This document shows positions 23,901 to 29,321 of a DNA stretch of 29,321 nucleotides, piece after piece. The first letter of the stretch is position 1. The number at the start of each line of letters is the position of its first letter. The stretch comes from a virus. Lineage: Duplodnaviria > Caudoviricetes. The translations under genes and the position numbers were made by a program. The notes under the pieces are model-generated. The model was not told the DNA's origin. It made no database searches and saw only the letters and a program-made list of their open reading frames with translations. The DNA is taken from the IMG/VR virus record IMGVR_UViG_3300009068_000135, positions 1 to 29,321 of that record. One strand, given 5' to 3'.

Positions 23901-25649
23901 GCTAACGGAACAGCAGCAGCAGTTAAATATTTTGCTGGATTAAGAGATAAATTCTATAAGAACTTTGGTGAATTACCAGAATCAAATCTTGTTCGCCATC
24001 CCATGTTTGTTGATTTATATCGCAAACGCATGGATGCATCTATAAGAAATGCTATTGATACATATCCTGGAGATACAATTCCACCAGAATATATTCGCAA
24101 ACTAGAGTATAGTGCTCGCCAATGGGCTAGAGCAGAACTGCGTCGTTCTCTTTACGATACATCAGAGCGTGTAGATGCAGCATATACAATGCGCTACATC
24201 TTTCCATTCTTTGGTGCGTTTACAGATGTTGCTGAAAAATGGAGTCGTATTGTAATTAATGACCCATCAGTTGTACGCAAGATGGAAATGATTTATAATT
24301 CTCCTGACCGTGTGGGACTTACAGAAGAACGTGACGGAAGAACATACATCAACGTACCTGGCGAATGGGTAAAACGTGGTTCTTTTGGTTTAGTTGATAG
24401 ACCATTATCAATTCCTAAAACAAGTCTTGACTTATTATTCCAAGGTAATGCTTGGTGGAATCCAGGCTCTGGATGGTTTGTTCAGATTGCTGCGTCTCAA
24501 TTAATTAAGGCAATACCTGATTTAGAACGTAACAGTTTGATTAAGACTATATTACCTTATGGCCCAACTGGTACAAGTCCTGCAGAATTTACTAAAGATT
24601 TATTTATTCAGAACCAAGCATTGCGCAAGGCCTGGGCTAGGTTTGATGAGAATGACCCAACACGTCGTAACCTAACAGTTCTTATTGCTATGGAAGAAAA
24701 CCATAAGTTCGATAATGGACTTAGAACTTCTCAACCAAGTGCTAAAGAAATTGACAATAAGGTTAAAAGAATTCTTGCATTAGAAGTTGCCGCAAGAGCA
24801 GTTCTTCCTTTTGCTACTAACCTACGTTCCCCTTACCAATTCTATATTGATGAGTTCCAAAGATTACGTGAAGAAGACCCACAGAATGCATCAGAAAAAT
24901 TCTACGATGCATATGGAGAAGAATACTTTTTATTCTCTACTAGCCTATCAAAGAACAATACTGGCATAGCAGCAACTATAGATGCAGAGAAACGCTCTAG
25001 AGAACTCTCTGACTTAATTGCAAAGAATCCAGAGTATGGATGGTTTGTAGTAGGAGATGTTAATGCTGGTGAATTTTCACCTAGCGTATATCAGAGCCAA
25101 AGAAATACTCCTGTTGCTCCTGGTAGCACAGAGAAGTTTCGTGAGTCACAAGACCCATACAAGGCTGTAGCCGCTACTCAAGCGGAAAAGGGTTGGATTG
25201 TTTACAACCAAGGTATTGAAATTATAGAGTCAGAACGTATTGCAAGAGGCTTACCTAATCTAAACGGCGTAGCAGCCGAAGATTTAAAGGAACGCAAGCA
25301 ACGTTTTATCTCTGAACTTGAAGCAGAGAATCCTGAATGGGCTAAAGTTCGTGGAAAATTAGACACTAATAAAGTTGTTAACTTTTTAAAGTTTTCTAAA
25401 GAGTTAACCTCTGACCCTAGAACTAAAGATAGAAATGATATCAAGGCAATTGCTGATTACTTAGATGGAAGAGAATATGTTAGAGAGATTCTTGCGTCTA
25501 GAAGCAGTAAATCAATTGATGCTGTTGGTAATGCAGATTTGAAAGAAATGTGGGATACATTCACTAGCCAATTGCTAGATGAATACATTTCTTTCAGTAG
25601 AGTATATACAAGAGTCCTTGAAAAAGATGACCTTACGAAGGGATTATAA
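20955..25649 (+). CDS. Large putative internal virion / DNA ejection protein (1564 aa)
   Basis: Size, helical composition and structural-operon context; no catalytic motif recognised. Confidence 0.6.
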   Translation: MSEKEDAKKAYQNRQRNNNPSAFDTMGSFNNYYAGWNIDSSKSLALDMGRYIPAANRIDATSQFNKSQTPIAEDKKSFWQRAFIGIEKAYNFTTQAVSFGLTLPEKNNPIWQDDFSADKVKEAWNKSRDISAGRSIQRTLVGRPLDVAEDIFSGIAKTVSFGKLSGADKFLQDHVLFAANDFDIFDKKQAEEAFREQNIGRFSSFGTDVISRFMLDPTIIGGKIVKGYKAINYTVKGVNELNAILAGEKTGFRASKVKATFNDFIVKTDDLDAADLFRVKAIRESSNPASFADLIADANKIEDITIRHTAKADIIKMAMGDAGAASRLLASNRALAVKVGNLQDEVTGAKYLGAGLDKQTGQLTFDLVNKGTDLEKAVENVALYEDELRELSQKLNAEAILDPTRIPQFNQLSKARQAISGNQRLIDARGLTFSGVKFTDLRNGAAGASVRFMTGFFYKRPRGWIDFTDNQSVQTVDNMLNRVRGIAGKQEQLYLKQINVIKNTLNTKTLQPEEIKSLQTQMKTIEDDLKKASFTVERKSELFNEYVGATNAAERANAFQKIEQELFNTVAKQFGFDESDVRAGWQLFSGGRAKAQNIIRERAYTGATKTLPDGRIVPVGSKVTPILGSEDLKYIIPLPLNETQLVKQLPVLDIDTMYSALNRLSRARRSDAVGVYYKARAGTTDVIDGLDSLIKFEVLARLGYPVRNVTEGLMRILTTAGPMAVLTGIRESSRNMIANRFTGASLDDIYRWSDDVKLETHRDELSAIRDIADDPELIKSQIKEIDAMLDGTLKVEDKFGLGLREVDGIKYEDALGSTPEQAEFIKNRFIRESARIVDAHFSNSKTKLTNAFETTGDFVVVKGDDPNWVQAYERVVNRQVRNSKITQILLQNKPREELIAEAEKFLLTTKEGRVIMRDLGMGRDALAIAEANMDNIDELFPSFAAGLKEIAKGRTITGDDIKKAFGTDTLNYPAVNAAQVGAANGTAAAVKYFAGLRDKFYKNFGELPESNLVRHPMFVDLYRKRMDASIRNAIDTYPGDTIPPEYIRKLEYSARQWARAELRRSLYDTSERVDAAYTMRYIFPFFGAFTDVAEKWSRIVINDPSVVRKMEMIYNSPDRVGLTEERDGRTYINVPGEWVKRGSFGLVDRPLSIPKTSLDLLFQGNAWWNPGSGWFVQIAASQLIKAIPDLERNSLIKTILPYGPTGTSPAEFTKDLFIQNQALRKAWARFDENDPTRRNLTVLIAMEENHKFDNGLRTSQPSAKEIDNKVKRILALEVAARAVLPFATNLRSPYQFYIDEFQRLREEDPQNASEKFYDAYGEEYFLFSTSLSKNNTGIAATIDAEKRSRELSDLIAKNPEYGWFVVGDVNAGEFSPSVYQSQRNTPVAPGSTEKFRESQDPYKAVAATQAEKGWIVYNQGIEIIESERIARGLPNLNGVAAEDLKERKQRFISELEAENPEWAKVRGKLDTNKVVNFLKFSKELTSDPRTKDRNDIKAIADYLDGREYVREILASRSSKSIDAVGNADLKEMWDTFTSQLLDEYISFSRVYTRVLEKDDLTKGL

Positions 25650-26368
25650 TGGGTAACGGTAGCGGTGGTGCTTTAGATAATTTAAAAAATAATACTGGTT
25701 CAACCAATGTTGGCGGTAAGGTGTTTATAGGTCCTGGCAGGAAAGCAACTGTTAATGTTCCTGGACTTAACATAAGTGTTGAGCAGGAAGTTGATACTAC
25801 TACAATAGCAGAGGCTAAAAAACGTTACTTTGCAGATAATAAAATACAAGATGGATGGCTTATTACTCTTAAGAAAAATGGCTATGGAGATGTAAGTCCT
25901 CGCCAAGCCCGAGCATTATATGAACTATCAGTTGATGGTGCTGGTGAATTTTATCAAAAGTCAGGTGGCGTTCAAAAGATAACTCCAGAAAAATATCTAC
26001 AATGGTACTCTAAAGATACTGGGATATCTGGTTCTGGTGGACCTAAAGTTAGTGTACAAAAATATTTATTTCAACCAGAAGAAATCCAATCAATAATTGA
26101 CGATACCTTAAGGTCTACATTAAACCGCAAGGCTACAGATGATGAAACAAAACAATTTTATACTGCTATCCAGGATATGATTAATCAAGGAACAGTGACT
26201 ACTACCAAAAAAGTTGGTGGAAAAACCATAACCGAAACAACACCTGGTTATAGTAAAGAAAAAGCACAGGCAGTTATTACAAGTAAGTTAAAAGAACAAT
26301 CACCTCAAGACTTTCAAGAAAAAGCAAGTTTAGATTTCGGTGACTTTTTGAGAAAGTTGGAGAGATAA
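25649..26368 (+). CDS. Putative internal virion protein
   Basis: TAATG coupling; context only. Confidence 0.5.
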   Translation: MGNGSGGALDNLKNNTGSTNVGGKVFIGPGRKATVNVPGLNISVEQEVDTTTIAEAKKRYFADNKIQDGWLITLKKNGYGDVSPRQARALYELSVDGAGEFYQKSGGVQKITPEKYLQWYSKDTGISGSGGPKVSVQKYLFQPEEIQSIIDDTLRSTLNRKATDDETKQFYTAIQDMINQGTVTTTKKVGGKTITETTPGYSKEKAQAVITSKLKEQSPQDFQEKASLDFGDFLRKLER

Positions 26369-26369
26369 A

Positions 26370-27203
26370 TTGGCTGTTACAGACGCAACCGCATATGGCA
26401 TTACTGCTGACTTAATCAAAGCATTTCCTGAACTTAAAAAGGTTTATGATTTATTTGTTGCTGGTGATTTAACTCAGGCTCAGTTAGAGTATTTTAACAC
26501 TGCATACTACAAAGGTCTTACCACAACATCTAAGAATAGAACAGCAACTAAGGCTAGTCAACCTGGAGTATACACACAGGAGTTGGAAGCATTTAAAGTA
26601 AGACAACGTCAACGTCTTATTGCTAAAGGCATTAACTTAGATGAAGCAACTTTTAATACTACAATACAGGATGCTTATGATAAAGGTTTAGATGATAATC
26701 AAATTGACCTTCAAGCATTTTCAAAATTTAAAGGGACTATAGGCGGAGATACTTTAAGTAAGGTTCAATCACTTGAAGAATACGCTGATACTTTTGGTAT
26801 GTCTTATGCTAAAACTACCCTAGATTCCTGGTCACAAGGTATATTCTCAGGAACTAATACCTTAGCAGATATTCAGGAAAAGATTCGTAGAGATTCTGCT
26901 AGCGCATATCCTGTTTTTGCAGATGATATTAATAAAGGAACTAGTGTTGATGCACTTGCATCTGCCTATAAGTCTTCTATGGCAAACATATTAGAAATTG
27001 ATGCAGACACCATATCTTATACTGACCCAACATTTCGTAGAGCATTACAATATGTTGGTCCAGATGGTAAGCCTGCACTTAAACCAATATGGCAATTTGA
27101 AGCAGAGTTACGTCAAGACCCTAGATGGGATTTAACTAACAATGCTAGGGCTACAGTTGACTCATTATCACTTAAGGTTCTTAGAGATTACGGACAGGTG
27201 TAA
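26370..27203 (+). CDS. Putative internal virion protein
   Basis: TTG start after GGAGAG; context only. Confidence 0.5.
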   Translation: MAVTDATAYGITADLIKAFPELKKVYDLFVAGDLTQAQLEYFNTAYYKGLTTTSKNRTATKASQPGVYTQELEAFKVRQRQRLIAKGINLDEATFNTTIQDAYDKGLDDNQIDLQAFSKFKGTIGGDTLSKVQSLEEYADTFGMSYAKTTLDSWSQGIFSGTNTLADIQEKIRRDSASAYPVFADDINKGTSVDALASAYKSSMANILEIDADTISYTDPTFRRALQYVGPDGKPALKPIWQFEAELRQDPRWDLTNNARATVDSLSLKVLRDYGQV

Positions 27204-27205
27204 AA

Positions 27206-28528
27206 ATGCCATCAGCAGATTATTTATATGACCAAAAAATAGCGGCTGCACAAGCGGCTGCGGCTGCGGCTGCAGCAGCGCCAAAAGACTCAACTTATTT
27301 TACAAATCTTGGCCAACAACTAGTAGGCTCAACTGGCTATTCTGGTATGACTGCAGACCAAATAGCGGGTGAAAGACGTAGAGAATATACTGGAAAACCA
27401 TCTGAGTATTATGTAGGAATGACAGACTCAGCAGCAACAGCAAAAGCCAAAATAGATGCAGCAAATGCAGAGGCTGCAGCCAAAGCAGCAGCAGAAGCAC
27501 TTGCAAAAGCCAAAGCAGAAGCGGAAGCAGCGGCAGCAGCAAACAATGCAATAGCACTAGCAAAGGCACAAGCAGCACTAGCAGCGGCTCAAGCAGCAGC
27601 AAATGCAGCGGCAAGTTTAGCGGCAACTACGGCAGCAACTGCAGCACAAAATGCAGTAGCAACAACAGCAGCAACAGCGGCAGCCGAGGCTGAAAAGATT
27701 GCAGCACAACGTGAGTCTATTGGTAAGATTGTAGCAGATAGATTTGCTCAATATGGACTTTCTTCACTGGGAAATAAAGTTTTAGAATTTGCTCGTCTAG
27801 GCTACACTGAGGCTACAATTACTTTAGAGTTACAGAAAACAGATGAATACAAAGCAAGATTCTCTGCTAATACTGAAAGACAAAAAAAGGGTTTATCAGT
27901 TCTTAGTCCAGCAGAGTATTTAAGTGTTGAAGATGGATATCGCCAAACATTACGTGCTTATGGATTAAAACAATTTGACAATGATACATATGTAAAACAA
28001 TTTATAGAAAATGATATGTCTCCATCAGAACTATCATCACGTGTAGTTACAGCAGTTCAAAGAGTTCAAAATGCTGACCCTTTAATTTCTAGAACATTAC
28101 GTGATTACTATGGAATTGGTGACCTTGATATGGTTGCTTATGTTCTTGACCCTAATCAACAATTACCTAAGATTCAACGCCAGGTTGCAGCAGCAGAAAT
28201 TGGTTCAGCAGCAAGACTTCAAGGACTTGAGGCTGGGGTATCTGTATCAGAGCAACTTGCATCACAAGGTGTAACTCAAGCAGAAGCACAAAAGGGATAT
28301 GCAACTATTGCAGATATATTACCTACATCAGAAAAATTAAGTTCTATCTATGGAACTCAACTTCCAGGATACGGACAAGCAGAAGCGGAGCAAGAAGTAT
28401 TTAATACTCTAGCATCTGCACAGCGTAAACGTAAAGCATTATCTGAAGCAGAGACAGGACAGTTCTCCACTAAATCTGGAATATCTAGAACATCTCTCTC
28501 ACCAAGAACTGGCGCAGGCCAGTACTAA
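27206..28528 (+). CDS. Putative internal virion protein with Ala-rich N-terminal helix
   Basis: Long poly-Ala/Lys/Glu tract followed by a helical domain. Confidence 0.55.
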   Translation: MPSADYLYDQKIAAAQAAAAAAAAAPKDSTYFTNLGQQLVGSTGYSGMTADQIAGERRREYTGKPSEYYVGMTDSAATAKAKIDAANAEAAAKAAAEALAKAKAEAEAAAAANNAIALAKAQAALAAAQAAANAAASLAATTAATAAQNAVATTAATAAAEAEKIAAQRESIGKIVADRFAQYGLSSLGNKVLEFARLGYTEATITLELQKTDEYKARFSANTERQKKGLSVLSPAEYLSVEDGYRQTLRAYGLKQFDNDTYVKQFIENDMSPSELSSRVVTAVQRVQNADPLISRTLRDYYGIGDLDMVAYVLDPNQQLPKIQRQVAAAEIGSAARLQGLEAGVSVSEQLASQGVTQAEAQKGYATIADILPTSEKLSSIYGTQLPGYGQAEAEQEVFNTLASAQRKRKALSEAETGQFSTKSGISRTSLSPRTGAGQY

Positions 28529-28536
28529 ATAGAATC

Positions 28537-28618
28537 CTGTGTGATCCACCAGCCCACACAGCGTAAAAGACTGGCAGCAAGAGCCAGACCGATTCCCCGA
28601 TTGGAACCTGTGGCTTGC
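28537..28618 (+). ncRNA. Candidate structured leader RNA (pseudoknot plus hairpin) before the scaffold gene
   Basis: CTGTGTG/CACACAG stem; loop CCAG complementary to CTGG at 28571; GCAAGAGCCA/TGGCTTGC stem. Confidence 0.45.
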
Positions 28619-28651
28619 GACTAAACTAAACGAATAGAAGGGTGGGTTGCT

Positions 28652-29128
28652 ATGAGCAACAACTACTGGGATGAAGACGAAGACGACCTAGATACCGACA
28701 ACGAGGCGCAAATGGATGGAAGCGATTTACTTAAAAAATTGCGAAAAGCCAAGCGTAACGATGAGAAGCGTATCAAAGAACTCACTGAGCAACTTGAGGG
28801 ATTATCCAAGGTGCAGCGTGAGCGTGTAGTCAAAGAGGTCCTAGAAAAGAAGGGTGTCAATCTTAAGGCACAACGTTTAATCCTTAAAGACTTGGATGAA
28901 GTTAGCGAAGAGTCAGTTAATAACTGGCTTGACGATAATGGAGACTTGTTTGGATTAACTAAAGCGCCAGAAGTATCTGAGGAACAAGAACTAAATCGTG
29001 CAGCCTTACGGCAACAGGATGTAGTTACTCAACTTGGTACGACCCCTGACAAAGCCCAAGATTTAATGAATAGAGTTATGAATGCGGCTTCCGCAGAAGA
29101 ACTCACTGCATTAATTCAAGGCAATTAA
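28652..29128 (+). CDS. Capsid scaffolding protein
   Basis: Acidic N-terminus, coiled coil, directly before the capsid gene. Confidence 0.75.
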   Translation: MSNNYWDEDEDDLDTDNEAQMDGSDLLKKLRKAKRNDEKRIKELTEQLEGLSKVQRERVVKEVLEKKGVNLKAQRLILKDLDEVSEESVNNWLDDNGDLFGLTKAPEVSEEQELNRAALRQQDVVTQLGTTPDKAQDLMNRVMNAASAEELTALIQGN

Positions 29129-29165
29129 TATCCATAGTAATTCTTAATCACCTTGGAGGTGAACA

Positions 29166-29321
29166 ATGGCTAATGCATATACCGCGTCAAATGGTAACCT
29201 TGCTGGTACCGCTGGTGGTGCAGGTCTAGTCCAAAAGGCTTATGACCGTCTATTAGACTTCGCGTTGCGTTCAGAACCCCTTATTCGTAGTGTCGCAGAC
29301 AAGCGCCCTGCTAAATTGGCA
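29166..29321 (+). CDS. Major capsid protein (3' truncated), not in ORF track
   Basis: GGAGGTG SD; MANAYTASNGNLAGTAGGAGLVQKAYDRLLDFALRSEPLIRSVADKRP..., open to the window end and resembling N4-gp56-type capsid N-termini. Confidence 0.75.
   Translation, partial: MANAYTASNGNLAGTAGGAGLVQKAYDRLLDFALRSEPLIRSVADKRPAKLA

Noticed and set aside
17192-28860. Nested or antisense track ORFs inside the structural genes
   Set aside because: Shadows of long, codon-biased ORFs; the Leu-rich 27300 ORF simply mirrors the GCA repeats.

Overview
This is about 29 kb of a tailed dsDNA phage that almost certainly infects Actinobacteria (WhiB gene, actinobacterial-type SLT transglycosylase, low GC), with a podovirus-like layout resembling small freshwater actinophages. 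Left to right: the end of a tail/structural gene; a lysis cassette (membrane proteins, an exported Pro/Glu-rich protein, CHAP endolysin, holin) and terminator; a + strand replication module (Cas4-like nuclease split into two genes around an inserted ORF, DnaB/RecA-type ATPase, Hjc-like resolvase, two-gene primase, DUF1599/Nmad1 protein, metallophosphoesterase, sigma factor, no DNA polymerase); a - strand early operon (FmdB Zn ribbon, SLT, WhiB, class II glutamine amidotransferase plus COOH-NH2 amidoligase, many micro-ORFs missing from the ORF track); an ~800 bp divergent control/terminus region; and the morphogenesis operon (terminase with fused N-terminal HTH, portal, proteasome-beta/HslV-like Thr protease, putative internal virion proteins, scaffold, start of the major capsid protein). 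Best leads: a 51-nt tRNA-like acceptor+T-arm RNA in the early operon; tandem early promoters with WhiA-type GACAC, CRP and LexA-like boxes; the split Fe-S Cas4-like nuclease; the amidoligase/GATase pair with a proteasome-like peptidase; several dual-coded regions; and a pseudoknot-like leader before the scaffold gene. All calls are by-eye motif recognition and no searches were run.
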